A DNA stretch of 64,000 bases, from positions 6,384 through 70,383 of the forward strand of contig JAFYUV010000017.1 in assembly GCA_017549425.1 (NCBI GenBank), written 5' to 3'. This DNA comes from Clostridia bacterium. GTDB taxonomy: Bacteria > Bacillota > Clostridia > TANB77 > CAG-465. Within the stretch, counting starts at the first letter, position 1. The number at the start of each line of letters is the position of its first letter. Under the pieces are notes generated by a model. That model saw only the letters and a list, made by a program, of their open reading frames with translations. It ran no database searches and was not told the origin of the DNA. This document shows, piece by piece, positions 47,881 through 59,643 of the stretch. Both the position numbers and the translations under genes were made by a program.

Positions 47881-49005
47881 ATGTATATAGCAAGTTTGAT
47901 TTTTGGTATAATAGCTATATGTACTAGCATTATACCTGTATTAGGGGTAGCTGTAGCTGTAATTTCGTTGATAATAACAATAATAGCTTTTTGTATTAAA
48001 AGGCCAACTGGGCGTGGACTAAGAATAGCAGGGCTTGTTCTAACTCTAATAGCTATTGTTGTATCAGCTCTTTTAACTTATTATACATTATTGGGCATAG
48101 CTGAAGCAAATGAAGAATTATCAGATCGTTTTACAAGTGCTGCAACTGCCGCCGATTTAGCAAATGCGCAAAATGCGCTTGTTTTAGCATATGTTAAAGG
48201 AGTAACAGTTGGTAACTCTAAAGGGTTTACAGATTCTTTGGCCTACACTGATGATGGTGAATTGATGATTGCAGAACATTACTATAAAGAATTGGTGAAG
48301 GCCGGTTACGGGGATAATATATTAGAGGTTAAGAAAAAGTTCACAATTACAGTATCTGTTCCTGGAAAAACTCCAAGTATTGAAATAAATAATAATGAGG
48401 ATTTGACTAATGCTGATATGGATAATAATAACGAACAATTGAGTAATACTGAGATAAACAATGATCCTGGAGTAAATAAAGATGCAAGTAATGATAATAA
48501 CGCTCAATTAAAAGAAGAAACTAAAATAACAGTAACTAAAGAAGAAATGTATGAATATTTAAAAATATTTGCTTCGTTAGGTAATAATTTCAAAATGGGC
48601 AATACAGAGGATTTAAAAACATTTATAGCTGTATATGTGGGGACTAGCGGTAAATACTCAGTAAAACAAAACGGTGGAACTTATTATGTTGAAATATCAA
48701 AGGATGAAGTAAGTAGAATTATAAACCAATACTTTGGAATAAAGAATTATACTTTAACAGATTATGAAGGCGATAAGTTTTATACAATAACGGTAAAAAA
48801 AGATACTGTGCTAATTGAATGGCCTGGAATAGGTACGGGTTGGACAGTATATGAAGAAGATGTAGATATCAAGTATTCTGAGGATAAAATAATAGTTACA
48901 GTAGATGTATTTTCTCCTCTTGAAGAAAAAATAGTAGGGAAAGTACAATTTACTTTAAAAGTAAAAGGAACGGATTACTACATAGAAAAAATAGAAAATT
49001 TATGA
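47881..49005 (+). CDS. membrane protein (2 TM N-terminus + extracytoplasmic domain), YybS-position gene
   Basis: 374 aa; between rpsR and gdpP as yybS in Bacillus. Confidence 0.4.
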   Translation: MYIASLIFGIIAICTSIIPVLGVAVAVISLIITIIAFCIKRPTGRGLRIAGLVLTLIAIVVSALLTYYTLLGIAEANEELSDRFTSAATAADLANAQNALVLAYVKGVTVGNSKGFTDSLAYTDDGELMIAEHYYKELVKAGYGDNILEVKKKFTITVSVPGKTPSIEINNNEDLTNADMDNNNEQLSNTEINNDPGVNKDASNDNNAQLKEETKITVTKEEMYEYLKIFASLGNNFKMGNTEDLKTFIAVYVGTSGKYSVKQNGGTYYVEISKDEVSRIINQYFGIKNYTLTDYEGDKFYTITVKKDTVLIEWPGIGTGWTVYEEDVDIKYSEDKIIVTVDVFSPLEEKIVGKVQFTLKVKGTDYYIEKIENL

Positions 49006-49137
49006 TAATTACATTTGGGGGATTTCCCCCATTTTTTGTGCACTTGTTATTGCTTTTTGATGCTTTAGAGCACTGTAAAAAACATTGACAATTTGGCTTA
49101 ATTATAGTAAAATATACTCGTATAAAAAGGGGATTTT

Positions 49138-51117
49138 ATGAGTAAACACATATCAAAAAAAGAAAGAAAAAATAATAATTTGATATTTAAAATAATTGCT
49201 AATTCAATAGTTTATTTAATATTGATTTTAATAACTGTATTTGCAAATACAACATCTAATAGTTCTTTGTTTACAGCTGTTATATTAAGTATATCAATTT
49301 TTTATACTGTATTTATAATCCTATATGATTTAAGAAGCAAGAATTTAAGGCTACAAGAGTATGAAATTGGATTTGATCGCTCTTTTGGGAAAAGCATGAA
49401 AAGATTAGAATTACCAGTTTTATTTATATCAAAACAAGGTAAGTTAATATGGGAAAACGCAAAAAGCGTTGAATTAAAACTGAAGGAATATTTACAAGAA
49501 ATATCTTATGAAGTTTTAAAAACCTCAAAAAAAGAATTGCCTTCAATTGCAATTGAAAACTCTAAATTTAATATTTATAGTACAGAAGTTGTATTAGAGA
49601 ATGATGTGGGCAGTTTAGTTATTTTAGTGGATAAAACTAAGGAAAAGTATTTAGCTAAAGAATTAGATGACACAAAAGCGGTGGTAGGCTGTATTGTTAT
49701 CGATAGCTTCGAAGAGATAATGCAAGGCTTAGAGGACTTAGATAAATTTAATACTACTTCGAAAATAGATAAAGAAATTGTTGAATGGATAGCTAAATAC
49801 AACGGTGTAGTAAGCAAGATAGAAAAAGACAGATACGTATATGTAATAGATAAAAAATACGTTAAGGACTTAGAAGATAATTCGTTCGAAATATTAGAAA
49901 AAATGAATATGATATCTGAAGATGTACTAAAAATTCCTGTTACAATAAGTATTGGTTTGTCTTTTGATGAAGATAACTTGTATGCTAGATATAAGTCAGC
50001 CTTAACAGCGCTAGATATAGCAATGGGAAGAGGTGGCAACCAAGCAGTTATTAAAAACAGCAAAAAATATGATATTTATGATGGTTCTTCATTGCAAATG
50101 GATAAAACAAACAAGGTAAGAGCAAGAACAATAGCACAAGCATTGAAGGATATAATTTTAAAAAGTGAAAACATATATATTATGGGGCACAAAAATACAG
50201 ACATAGATAGTATTGGAGCTTCAGTAGGGATATACAAAATAGCCAAAACACTCGGTAAGCAGGCAAAAATAATATCTGATACTAAGCATAATAGTACAAC
50301 AAAAAATGTGATAGACAGATTAAAAATAGAAAAAGAATATGAAGGAGTATTTTTAGGCAAAGAAGATTGTAAAAAATTAGATTTTGATAATTCTTTATTA
50401 ATAATAGTTGATACTCATAAAGAAAGTTATTTAGCGGTTCCAGACTTATTAGAACAATGCGATAAATGCGTTATAATAGACCATCATAGAAGAGGGCCTG
50501 AATTTATTCAGGACGCAATACTAACATATCACGAAGTATATGCGTCGTCTACAGCGGAGCTTGTAACAGAACTATTAATGTATTTGGATGAAGTGAAGTT
50601 AACACCAAAAGAGGCAGAAACTATTTTTTCTGGAATAGTAATTGATACTAAAAATTTTACATTTAAAACAGGAGTTAGAACTTTTGAAGTAGCTGCATAT
50701 TTGAAAAAAATGGGCTTAGATATGGCGGAAATAAAACATTTATTCCAAAATGATTTCGAAACATATATGGCTAGAGTAAATATTGTTAGAAACGCAGAAA
50801 TTATAGATGGACAAATTGCTATATCTTGTGCTCAAGAAAATATAAAAGACATCTCTGTTATTTCGGCTCAAGCTGCAGACGAATTATTATCTATAACTGG
50901 AATTCTTGCATCATTTGTGTTGTGTGAAATTGATGGAGTGGTAATGGTATCTGGAAGGTCATTAGGAGACATTAACGTTCAATTGATTTTAGAGAAAATG
51001 GGTGGCGGTGGTCATTTAACTTTTGCTGGAGCACAAATGGCAGGAGTAACTATTGAAGAGGCGCGCCAAAGATTGTTGGAAGAAATAAAAGAATACTTTA
51101 AGAAATTAGATAATTAA
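49138..51117 (+). CDS. gdpP: cyclic-di-AMP phosphodiesterase GdpP (TM-PAS-degenerate GGDEF-DHH/DHHA1)
   Basis: 2 N-terminal TMs; DHH motif region GHKNTDIDSIGASVG; GGGH in DHHA1; gdpP-rplI-dnaB synteny. Confidence 0.85.
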   Translation: MSKHISKKERKNNNLIFKIIANSIVYLILILITVFANTTSNSSLFTAVILSISIFYTVFIILYDLRSKNLRLQEYEIGFDRSFGKSMKRLELPVLFISKQGKLIWENAKSVELKLKEYLQEISYEVLKTSKKELPSIAIENSKFNIYSTEVVLENDVGSLVILVDKTKEKYLAKELDDTKAVVGCIVIDSFEEIMQGLEDLDKFNTTSKIDKEIVEWIAKYNGVVSKIEKDRYVYVIDKKYVKDLEDNSFEILEKMNMISEDVLKIPVTISIGLSFDEDNLYARYKSALTALDIAMGRGGNQAVIKNSKKYDIYDGSSLQMDKTNKVRARTIAQALKDIILKSENIYIMGHKNTDIDSIGASVGIYKIAKTLGKQAKIISDTKHNSTTKNVIDRLKIEKEYEGVFLGKEDCKKLDFDNSLLIIVDTHKESYLAVPDLLEQCDKCVIIDHHRRGPEFIQDAILTYHEVYASSTAELVTELLMYLDEVKLTPKEAETIFSGIVIDTKNFTFKTGVRTFEVAAYLKKMGLDMAEIKHLFQNDFETYMARVNIVRNAEIIDGQIAISCAQENIKDISVISAQAADELLSITGILASFVLCEIDGVVMVSGRSLGDINVQLILEKMGGGGHLTFAGAQMAGVTIEEARQRLLEEIKEYFKKLDN

Positions 51118-51130
51118 GGAGATGGATTTT

Positions 51131-51574
51131 ATGAAAGTTGTTTTGCTAGAAAATGTTAAAAAAGTTGGAAAAAAATTAGATATAGTAGAAGTAAGTGAAG
51201 GTTATGCCAAAAATTATTTGCTACCTAGGAAGCTTGCTAAAGAGGCTAATAATCAAGCAATATCTGAAGCAACTGGTCAAAAATCTGCTATAGCTTTTAA
51301 AAAACAAACAGCAAAGGAAGAAGCTTTAATGATTAAAGCTAAAGTGGAAAGTTTTAACTTAATTTTTAAGTTAAAAGCTCAAAACGGGAAATTTTTTGGA
51401 AGTGTTACTTCTAAAGAAATTGCAGAAGAAATAAATAAGTTATCTAAATTACAAATAGATAAAAAGAAAATTGAACTTGATGAAAATGTAAAAAGACCCG
51501 GTGTGTATAATGCAAAAATAAAATTGTACGAAGGAGTATTAGCAAACGTTAAGATAAATGTTCAAGAAGAATAA
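51131..51574 (+). CDS. rplI: 50S ribosomal protein L9
   Basis: MKVVLLENVKKVGKKLDIVEVSEGYAKNYLLPRKLA. Confidence 0.92.
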   Translation: MKVVLLENVKKVGKKLDIVEVSEGYAKNYLLPRKLAKEANNQAISEATGQKSAIAFKKQTAKEEALMIKAKVESFNLIFKLKAQNGKFFGSVTSKEIAEEINKLSKLQIDKKKIELDENVKRPGVYNAKIKLYEGVLANVKINVQEE

Positions 51575-51595
51575 ATTTAATTATAGGTGAGTTTT

Positions 51596-52933
51596 ATGGA
51601 AGAGGAAAAAGTATCTATATCTAAGATACCGCCAAATGATTTAGTAGCTGAACAAGCGGTTTTGGGTTCAATGTTAGTGGACACAGAGGCCGTAATTAAA
51701 GCTATAGAACTACTCCAACCAGAAGATTTTTATAGAGAAGACAATAAAGAGATTTATGCTGCAATGTTAGAATTATATGGTAGAGGAAAACCAATAGATT
51801 TTTTAACTGTAAAAGAGAATTTAAAATTAAGAGGAACATTAGAGAAGGTAGGAGCTGAAGCTTATTTATCTAATTTAATAGATATGGTGCCTACAACTTC
51901 TAATATTGAAGCTTATGCAAAAATTGTAGAAGAAAAATCTGTGTTACGTTCTTTAATAAAAGCAGCAAATGATGTATTGGCATATGGCTATGCACAAAGT
52001 GAAGAAGTAGACAAAATAGTAGAGATGACAGAGAAAAGAATATTTGATGTGTTACAAAAAAGAAATTCTAAAGGTTACCAAAGTATTAAGGATGTATTAG
52101 TAGATTCTTTTGAAGAAATAGAACAATTATATAAGAGTAAATCTAATGTTTCAGGAATGGAAAGTGGATTTAAGGATTTAGATATAAAAACTTCAGGAAT
52201 AAACAATTCAGATTTAATTTTGGTAGCTGCAAGACCAGCTATGGGAAAATCTGCATTTGCTTTGAATATGGCAACATATGTTGCTAAAACTCAAAAAGTT
52301 CCAGTTATGATATTCAGCCTTGAAATGTCCAAAAAGCAAATGGTAAATAGAATTTTGTGCTCTGAAGCTGGAGTAGACAGTATGAAGGTAAGAACGGGAA
52401 AGCTAGATAGTGAGGATTGGGTAAAACTAGGGAAAGCCAGCGGAATGCTATCAGAAGTTCCTATTTACATTGATGACACGCCTGGTTTATCTTCGGCGGA
52501 GCTTAGAGCAAAATGCAGAAAAGCAAAGCTTGAAAAAGGAATTGGAATGGTTGTTATAGACTATTTACAACTTATGGAGTCAAAAGGAAAAACTGATTCT
52601 AGACAACAAGAAATTTCTGAAATAAGCAGATCTTTAAAAATATTGGCAAAAGAGTTAAATATTCCGGTAATTGCTCTGTCACAATTAAGTCGTGCTCCTG
52701 AACAAAGAAACGATCACAGACCTATTTTAAGTGATTTAAGAGAATCAGGATCTATAGAGCAAGACGCAGATATAGTTATGTTTTTGTATAGGGATGATTA
52801 TTATAATCCTGATACAGATAAAAAGAATGTTGCTGAAGTTATAATAGCTAAGAACAGACAAGGTTCTACAGGAACAGTAGAATTAGCTTGGCTTGGACAA
52901 TATACAAGGTTTGCTAATTTATATTCAGGCTAA
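51596..52933 (+). CDS. dnaB: replicative DNA helicase DnaB
   Basis: DnaB N-domain (AEQAVLGSML), Walker A ARPAMGKSAF, RecA-like fold. Confidence 0.95.
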   Translation: MEEEKVSISKIPPNDLVAEQAVLGSMLVDTEAVIKAIELLQPEDFYREDNKEIYAAMLELYGRGKPIDFLTVKENLKLRGTLEKVGAEAYLSNLIDMVPTTSNIEAYAKIVEEKSVLRSLIKAANDVLAYGYAQSEEVDKIVEMTEKRIFDVLQKRNSKGYQSIKDVLVDSFEEIEQLYKSKSNVSGMESGFKDLDIKTSGINNSDLILVAARPAMGKSAFALNMATYVAKTQKVPVMIFSLEMSKKQMVNRILCSEAGVDSMKVRTGKLDSEDWVKLGKASGMLSEVPIYIDDTPGLSSAELRAKCRKAKLEKGIGMVVIDYLQLMESKGKTDSRQQEISEISRSLKILAKELNIPVIALSQLSRAPEQRNDHRPILSDLRESGSIEQDADIVMFLYRDDYYNPDTDKKNVAEVIIAKNRQGSTGTVELAWLGQYTRFANLYSG

Positions 52934-52949
52934 TAGGAAGGAAAAATAA

Positions 52950-53936
52950 ATGAAAGATATAATAAAACAAGTAAATGACAATATACAAAAATATAATTTA
53001 TTAAATGCTGGAGATAAAGTATTACTTGGTGTATCTGGGGGACCAGATTCAATTATGCTTCTTTTAGCTTTGAATGAATTAAAAGAAAAATTAAAAATAG
53101 ATATAGTTGTAGCTCACGTAAATCATATGATTCGTAAAGAGGCTATACAAGATGAAATATTAGTTAGAAAAACGTGTGACTTAATGAATATTGAATGCCA
53201 TGTTCTAAAGGCGGACGTTTTAAATGAGGCAAAAACACTTAAAATATCCACGGAGGAATGTGGAAGAAATATACGCTATGAATTTTTTGCTAAGATAGTC
53301 AAAGATTTTGGATTAAATAAAATAGCGGTAGCACATAATTTGGGAGATAATGCAGAAACTATATTAATGAATATGATTAGAGGGACTGGATTATCTGGAA
53401 TTTGTGGAATGGAATATTGTAATAACAATATTATACGCCCTCTACTTAACGTAGACAAAAGAGACATATTAGAATATTTAAATTCAAAACAAATAGAATA
53501 TGCTATAGATAGGACTAATATGGAAAATGATTATACTAGAAATAATATACGAAACAGAATAATTCCGTTATTAGAAGAAATAAATCCCAATTTCTTAAAT
53601 GGTATATATAGGATGGCAGAAGGCTTAAAACAGGACAAAAAAGTAATAGAAGATTTGGTTTGTAAAGAAACTGAGATGGTGACTTTAAAGAAGACTAACA
53701 TGGAAATAATCTTAGATATAAAAGCGTTTGAAACTAAACCAGCTGAAATAAAGCAAAGAATGATTAGATATTTATTAAACGAATTACTAGGCTCATTACA
53801 GGGAATTGAGAAAATTCATGTAGAAGACATATGTACATTAATAAGTAAAAAAATAACTGGAAAGAAATTTATATTAGGGAATAAATTTACTGTTGAAATA
53901 TTAAGAGGTAAAAAGGCGAAAATATGTAAAAACTAA
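52950..53936 (+). CDS. tilS: tRNA(Ile)-lysidine synthetase TilS
   Basis: PP-loop SGGPDS; conserved position before ftsH. Confidence 0.85.
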   Translation: MKDIIKQVNDNIQKYNLLNAGDKVLLGVSGGPDSIMLLLALNELKEKLKIDIVVAHVNHMIRKEAIQDEILVRKTCDLMNIECHVLKADVLNEAKTLKISTEECGRNIRYEFFAKIVKDFGLNKIAVAHNLGDNAETILMNMIRGTGLSGICGMEYCNNNIIRPLLNVDKRDILEYLNSKQIEYAIDRTNMENDYTRNNIRNRIIPLLEEINPNFLNGIYRMAEGLKQDKKVIEDLVCKETEMVTLKKTNMEIILDIKAFETKPAEIKQRMIRYLLNELLGSLQGIEKIHVEDICTLISKKITGKKFILGNKFTVEILRGKKAKICKN

Positions 53937-54001
53937 CATAATTATTGAGAAAATATAAAAAGTATGTTAAAGTATTTAAAATTGAGAGGAGACTAATGTT
54001 C

Positions 54002-55858
54002 ATGAGTAAAAAAGGACTATTAAGAAGTTTACTGGGTTATGTAATAATGATTGGAATAATAGTAATGCTGTTGTCATATTTACAAACAAGCGCAACAAAA
54101 GAAATTTCATATACTACATTAATGAGTAAAATAGAAGCAGGAGAAGTAAAGAGTGTTACTCTATCATATGATCAAAGAACTGCAAAAGTAATATACAAAG
54201 ATGATACTATAGTTAGAATAGTAGATATCCCGTCTAGTTCAGCTTTTGTAGAAGCTGTTGAAGAAAAAATCGCAAGCGAGCAGTTTGAACTTACTGTTGA
54301 AGATGAATCCGGGTGGGCTGTATTTTTTGAATTATTACCAACAATTTGTACGATAGTGTTGATGTTAATTATTTTATTTGTTTTAACACAGCAACTTGGT
54401 GGTGGTAACGGAAAAATCAATAACTTTGGCAAAAACAGAGCTAGACTTAATGATCCTTCTGCAAAAAACATAACTTTTGAAAATGTAGCTGGATTGAAGG
54501 AAGAAAAAGAAGAATTAGTTGAGGTAGTAGATTTTCTAAAAGAGCCTAAGAAATATAGAGAAATGGGAGCAAGAATCCCAAAAGGCATACTGCTTGTAGG
54601 GGGACCAGGATGCGGTAAAACTCTTCTTGCTAAAGCTGTCGCAGGTGAAGCAAAAGTGCCATTTTTCTCAATAAGTGGTTCGGATTTTGTTGAAATGTTT
54701 GTTGGTGTAGGTGCTTCTCGTGTAAGAGATTTATTTGAAGAAGCCAAAAAAGTTAATCCTTGTATTGTGTTTATCGATGAAATCGATGCTGTGGGACGTC
54801 AAAGAGGGGCCGGCTTAGGTGGCGGACATGACGAAAGAGAACAAACTTTAAACCAATTGTTAGTTGAGATGGATGGATTTGGTACAAATGAGAATATTAT
54901 TGTTATGGCTGCCACAAATAGACCAGATATTTTAGACCCAGCACTACTTAGACCAGGACGTTTCGATAGACAGGTTGTAGTTACTGAACCGGATGTAAAA
55001 GCAAGAGAAGAGATTATAAAATTACATGCAAAAGGTAAACCATTTACGGAAAACATAGACTTTAAAGTTATCGCTAAAAACACTGCTGGATTCTCAGGAG
55101 CTGATTTAGAAAACATGACAAATGAAGCTGCTTTACTTGCAGCAAGACATGGTAAAAAGACGATTGAAATGTCTGATGTAGAAGAAGCTTTGGTAAAAGT
55201 AATGATGGGACCAGAAAAACGTAGTAAAGTTATTAGTGAAAAAGATAAAAAACTTACAGCTTATCATGAGGCAGGCCATGCTATAGTTTCGAGATTCTTA
55301 GATAATCATGATAACGTTCACCAAATTTCTATAATACCACGTGGTATGGCAGGCGGATATACTATGTATAAACCAAATGAAGACAAGAGTTATGCATCAA
55401 AGTTGGAAATGAAAGAACACATAGTATCACTTCTAGGAGGTAGGGTTGCAGAGCAATTGGTGTTAAATGATATTAGTACTGGAGCGTCAAACGATATAGA
55501 AAGAGCAACTAAAATAGCTAGAAATATGGTTACAAAATATGGAATGTCTGAAAAACTAGGCCCTATAATGTACGGAACAAATCAAGAAGAAGTATTCTTA
55601 GGAAGAGACTTTAACTCTCAAAAGAATTATAGTGAAAAAGTGGCTTCCGAAATAGATGAAGAAGTTAAGAATATCATTCTTGAAGCTTATTCTAAAGCGG
55701 AAAATATATTGAAAGAAAATATGGACAAATTACATGAAACTGCTAAAATACTAATTGAAAAAGAAAAGATTAATAGTGATGAATTTGATGAAATATTTGG
55801 CTTGAAAAAAGTAGCTGCAGATAATAGCAAAGAAGTAGAACACGATAGTAAAAAATAA
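54002..55858 (+). CDS. ftsH: ATP-dependent zinc metalloprotease FtsH
   Basis: AAA Walker A GPPGCGKT, SRH, zinc motif HEAGHA; start ATG 54002 after RBS GAGAGGAGA. Confidence 0.95.
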   Translation: MSKKGLLRSLLGYVIMIGIIVMLLSYLQTSATKEISYTTLMSKIEAGEVKSVTLSYDQRTAKVIYKDDTIVRIVDIPSSSAFVEAVEEKIASEQFELTVEDESGWAVFFELLPTICTIVLMLIILFVLTQQLGGGNGKINNFGKNRARLNDPSAKNITFENVAGLKEEKEELVEVVDFLKEPKKYREMGARIPKGILLVGGPGCGKTLLAKAVAGEAKVPFFSISGSDFVEMFVGVGASRVRDLFEEAKKVNPCIVFIDEIDAVGRQRGAGLGGGHDEREQTLNQLLVEMDGFGTNENIIVMAATNRPDILDPALLRPGRFDRQVVVTEPDVKAREEIIKLHAKGKPFTENIDFKVIAKNTAGFSGADLENMTNEAALLAARHGKKTIEMSDVEEALVKVMMGPEKRSKVISEKDKKLTAYHEAGHAIVSRFLDNHDNVHQISIIPRGMAGGYTMYKPNEDKSYASKLEMKEHIVSLLGGRVAEQLVLNDISTGASNDIERATKIARNMVTKYGMSEKLGPIMYGTNQEEVFLGRDFNSQKNYSEKVASEIDEEVKNIILEAYSKAENILKENMDKLHETAKILIEKEKINSDEFDEIFGLKKVAADNSKEVEHDSKK

Positions 55859-55896
55859 AATAAAAGCACTCCACAAATTGTGAAGTGCTTTTTTAG

Positions 55897-56226
55897 TTAC
55901 AGCCATTGTATAACCTCTGATTTAAGAAGTTTTTCTTTAGTTTTATTACCACATTTAGGACAAATTTTGAACAAAACCAGTTGCTTCGCTATAAGTTCAT
56001 CATCATGGTAATAATCCTTGAAAGTGATAACTTCTTCTGAAAAAGAAAAATCAGTTGTTTTAGAGTATTTGTGACAGTGATAACAATAACCGTTGTCCTT
56101 TGTTAACGTGACGGCATAACTTTCTAGCCATTCGGGAATAGTTTCATTAACAAATTGAACTTGTTCTTCAAGGCTGAGTGAAGATAATGCGCCATTTAAC
56201 ATTAAGAAAAAATCGTTTTTGTTCAT
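55897..56226 (-). CDS. zinc-ribbon (CxxC...CxxC) small protein
   Basis: CYHCHK...CPKCGNK motifs. Confidence 0.4.
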   Translation of the reverse strand: MNKNDFFLMLNGALSSLSLEEQVQFVNETIPEWLESYAVTLTKDNGYCYHCHKYSKTTDFSFSEEVITFKDYYHDDELIAKQLVLFKICPKCGNKTKEKLLKSEVIQWL

Positions 56227-56435
56227 AATAGACCTCTCTTTCTAAGTTTGATTTTAAGTGAATGCGTTTTTTTATCTTACAAAAATTCTCCTTTCTAAAT
56301 TTAGTTAGGGCTTAATCTATTTTAATCAGATTATATCATTCAAAAATGATGAAATCAATATATGATAGAATTAAAATTAATTGATTTTTTCTTGCAGTTA
56401 TAATATAATCTGAATGTAATTTAGGGGTGAATTAT

Positions 56436-57677
56436 ATGGAACAACCATTGGCATATAGAATGAAGCCAAAAACGCTTGAAGATTTCTTTGGACAAAAACA
56501 TATAGTTGGAGAAAACAAGTTGTTATATAGATTAATTAAAGCAGACAGACTTACTTCTGCTATATTCTGGGGCCCTCCGGGATGTGGAAAAACATCACTA
56601 GCTAGAGTTATAGCTTCAACGACAAAGCATAAATTTGTGGAATTAAATGCAACTAATGCAGGGGTTTCAGATATAAAAAAAATAGCAGAAGAAGCTAGTA
56701 ATTTGTTTTTAAATCCTACTGGAAAAACTATTTGCTTTATCGACGAAATACATAGATTTAACAAACTTCAGCAAGATTCATTGCTACCTTTGGTAGAAAA
56801 AGGGATTATTATTTTAATAGGCGCAACTACTGAAAACCCATATTTCGAAGTAAACGCGGCGTTAGTATCTAGATCTACAGTTTTTAAATTGGAACCATTG
56901 GGAGATGAAGACATAGTTGAGGTTTTAAAACACGCTTTAGGAGATAAAGAAAATGGACTTGGAATGTATAATATAGATATTTCGGAAGATGTAATTAAAT
57001 ATATTGCGCAAATGAGTGACGGTGATGTTAGAACCGCATTAAATGCAATGGAAGTAGCAACAATAACAACTAAAATGGATCAGGACGGGAAAATAACAAT
57101 AACTGAAGATATAGTAAGAGATTCAATGCAGCAAAAGAAAATGCATTATGATAAAGATTCTAATGAACATTACGATACAATTTCTGCTTTTATTAAATCT
57201 ATGAGAGGAAGCGATGTGGATGCCACTTTGCTTTACTTAGCAAAAATGATTGCTGCTGGGGAGGATCCGAAGTTTATAGCAAGAAGAATTGTTATATGTG
57301 CGGCAGAAGATGTGGGGTTAGCAAATCCTAACGCTTTAGTTGTAGCTAATGCTGCAATGGAAGCGGTTGCAAAAATTGGTATGCCTGAGGGAAGAATAAT
57401 ACTTGCCGAGGCGGCTGTACTAGTTGCTAAATCTAGAAAATCTAATAGTGCATATTTAGGAATAAATAATGCTTTGGCAGAAGTAGAAAATGGAGATATA
57501 GGGCAAATTCCTATACATATTAGAAATGCTCCTATTAGTGATATGAAAAAACATGGCTATAACAACGGATATAAATATCCTCATGATTATGAAAACGGAA
57601 TGGTGGAACAACAATATTTACCAGACAAATTAAAAGATAAAAAATTCTATTTCCCTAAAGAATGGGAGGCGCTTTAA
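56436..57677 (+). CDS. rarA: replication-associated recombination protein A (RarA/MgsA)
   Basis: GPPGCGKTSLARVIA Walker A, AAA+ fold, MgsA C-domain. Confidence 0.9.
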   Translation: MEQPLAYRMKPKTLEDFFGQKHIVGENKLLYRLIKADRLTSAIFWGPPGCGKTSLARVIASTTKHKFVELNATNAGVSDIKKIAEEASNLFLNPTGKTICFIDEIHRFNKLQQDSLLPLVEKGIIILIGATTENPYFEVNAALVSRSTVFKLEPLGDEDIVEVLKHALGDKENGLGMYNIDISEDVIKYIAQMSDGDVRTALNAMEVATITTKMDQDGKITITEDIVRDSMQQKKMHYDKDSNEHYDTISAFIKSMRGSDVDATLLYLAKMIAAGEDPKFIARRIVICAAEDVGLANPNALVVANAAMEAVAKIGMPEGRIILAEAAVLVAKSRKSNSAYLGINNALAEVENGDIGQIPIHIRNAPISDMKKHGYNNGYKYPHDYENGMVEQQYLPDKLKDKKFYFPKEWEAL

Positions 57678-58900
57678 TGAGAAGAGAAAATAATATTATT
57701 AAATTGGATAAAGACGATGTAAAAAAAATACAAAGAAGACAGTATTTAGAAAAGAAACAGAAAGTCACTTTCAAAAATTATTTAAAAGGAATTAAACTAA
57801 CTAAAAATGGTATTTTAACTATAATTATAATAGCTTTAGGAGGACTATTCTATTATTTAATTAATAATTATCACAGAATCGGATTAGTAATTAATAGAAA
57901 TATAACGGCAGAAGATGCGGTTGTGATTGAAACTTTATATACGGATAATATTGTTACTGCATATAAAGACAAAGTTTTAGTTTTTGAAAAAGGTGTGCTT
58001 ACTGCATATGATACTAATGGCGTGCAGAACTGGTCTAAAAAACTTGAAGAAATATTTACACCAGATATAAATGTTGCTGGAAAATATATACAAATAGTAA
58101 ATAAAGATACAGGATATATATATGTTTTAGATAATCAATATGAAGTGTGTAGAATAAAAATACAAGGCAATATTTTATCTAGCTCTATAAATAAGGATGG
58201 TACAAGCGTTATAGAATATTCAACTAGTGGACTAAAAACTGTTTTAGGTGTTTACAATAAAAACGGAAAAGAGAAATATTCTTTGAAATTAGATAATAAT
58301 ACAGTATCTTCTTATTGTTTGTCAGATAATTCTAGATATCTAGCTTACGGTTATGCAGATATTTCAGGAATCAGTGTGGTTACTAAGATTGATGTAATAG
58401 ATATGAATAAATTGGGGCAAAAAGATTATAAATTTAATACAATTATAGAAAAAAATAACGAGTTAGTTCATAAAATTTATTGGGATAAAAATGAATTGAA
58501 TGCAATGCTTAATAATACAATTATAAAGTATAATGCAAATAGAGATAAAAAAGACTGGCTCGAAATAGGAGATTTAAATGCTATAAATCTTGATATCAAT
58601 GATGAGAAAATAGCATTTATTAGCGCTCAAGGAGATAAGGCAAATTATATTTTAAGTATAGCGAACTATAAAGGTAAAGTGAAAAGTAATAAAGTTATTG
58701 AAGAAGCTCCAAAATACTTTATGTATCAAGATGGATTAGTTTTTGTTTGTTATCAAAAGGCTATAAAGGTATTTAATACTTATGGAGTTAATGTTAAAAA
58801 TTATGAATCGAATACAACAATTACAAAACCAATAGTATTTAATGACGGCAAAAATGTTGCTTTTTCAGTTTCCAATAGGATAACTATTTTTGAAATTTAG
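57677..58900 (+). CDS. N-terminally anchored hypothetical protein (beta-rich, DUF5711-like)
   Basis: ATG overlaps rarA stop (TAATG); TM GILTIIIIALGGLFYYLI; repetitive beta-strand-like segments. Confidence 0.4.
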   Translation: MRRENNIIKLDKDDVKKIQRRQYLEKKQKVTFKNYLKGIKLTKNGILTIIIIALGGLFYYLINNYHRIGLVINRNITAEDAVVIETLYTDNIVTAYKDKVLVFEKGVLTAYDTNGVQNWSKKLEEIFTPDINVAGKYIQIVNKDTGYIYVLDNQYEVCRIKIQGNILSSSINKDGTSVIEYSTSGLKTVLGVYNKNGKEKYSLKLDNNTVSSYCLSDNSRYLAYGYADISGISVVTKIDVIDMNKLGQKDYKFNTIIEKNNELVHKIYWDKNELNAMLNNTIIKYNANRDKKDWLEIGDLNAINLDINDEKIAFISAQGDKANYILSIANYKGKVKSNKVIEEAPKYFMYQDGLVFVCYQKAIKVFNTYGVNVKNYESNTTITKPIVFNDGKNVAFSVSNRITIFEI

Positions 58901-58905
58901 GAGGG

Positions 58906-59580
58906 ATGGTATTGTTAGATATAATTGTACTAATTGTGGTATTAGTATCTGCTTTTATTGGGATGAAAAAAGGTCTAGTGTGCATTTTGACTAAATTAGT
59001 AGGATTTATTTTAGCTATAATTTTAGCATATACCTGCTATGAAACATTAGGAAATTATCTTTGTAATAATTATAAAGTAAATGAAAAAATTAATACTAGT
59101 ATTAAAAATGTTATTTCAGAAGAAGCTGGAAAAGAGGAAGAAGATGTTTATAAATTAAATGAAGTGTTGGGTAAATTTGGATTGCAAGATAAAATAAATT
59201 TAGATGAAGAATTAGAAAATGTTGAGTCAGGAAGCAATTTAACAGATGTTGTTTCAGAAAAAATAACGCAATATATAATAAACATATTATCTTTCCTTGC
59301 AATATTTTTAAGCGTCATAATATTATCTTCAATATTAAGTTTTATATTATCTGCAGTATTCTCGCTACCTGGTCTTAAATTTATAAATAAAACAGGTGGT
59401 TTTATAATTGAACTAGTTTTATCTCTATTTAAGTTGTGGATAGTTTTAAGAATAATAGAGATGTTGTCTCCAATGGGATTTATGCAGGGAGTTAATAATT
59501 TAATAGATACATCTATATTTGTTAAATTTATGTATCATAATAACTTATTAATGGGGTTACTAAGCAAAATAAGAATATAA
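58906..59580 (+). CDS. CvpA family membrane protein
   Basis: MVLLDIIVLIVVLVSAFIGMKKGLV N-terminus typical of CvpA. Confidence 0.55.
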   Translation: MVLLDIIVLIVVLVSAFIGMKKGLVCILTKLVGFILAIILAYTCYETLGNYLCNNYKVNEKINTSIKNVISEEAGKEEEDVYKLNEVLGKFGLQDKINLDEELENVESGSNLTDVVSEKITQYIINILSFLAIFLSVIILSSILSFILSAVFSLPGLKFINKTGGFIIELVLSLFKLWIVLRIIEMLSPMGFMQGVNNLIDTSIFVKFMYHNNLLMGLLSKIRI

Positions 59581-59643
59581 TAACAAAATTTAATTAATAA
59601 TTTTGTTGAAAAAAAACATATCCTGTGTTAAAATATTGTCAAT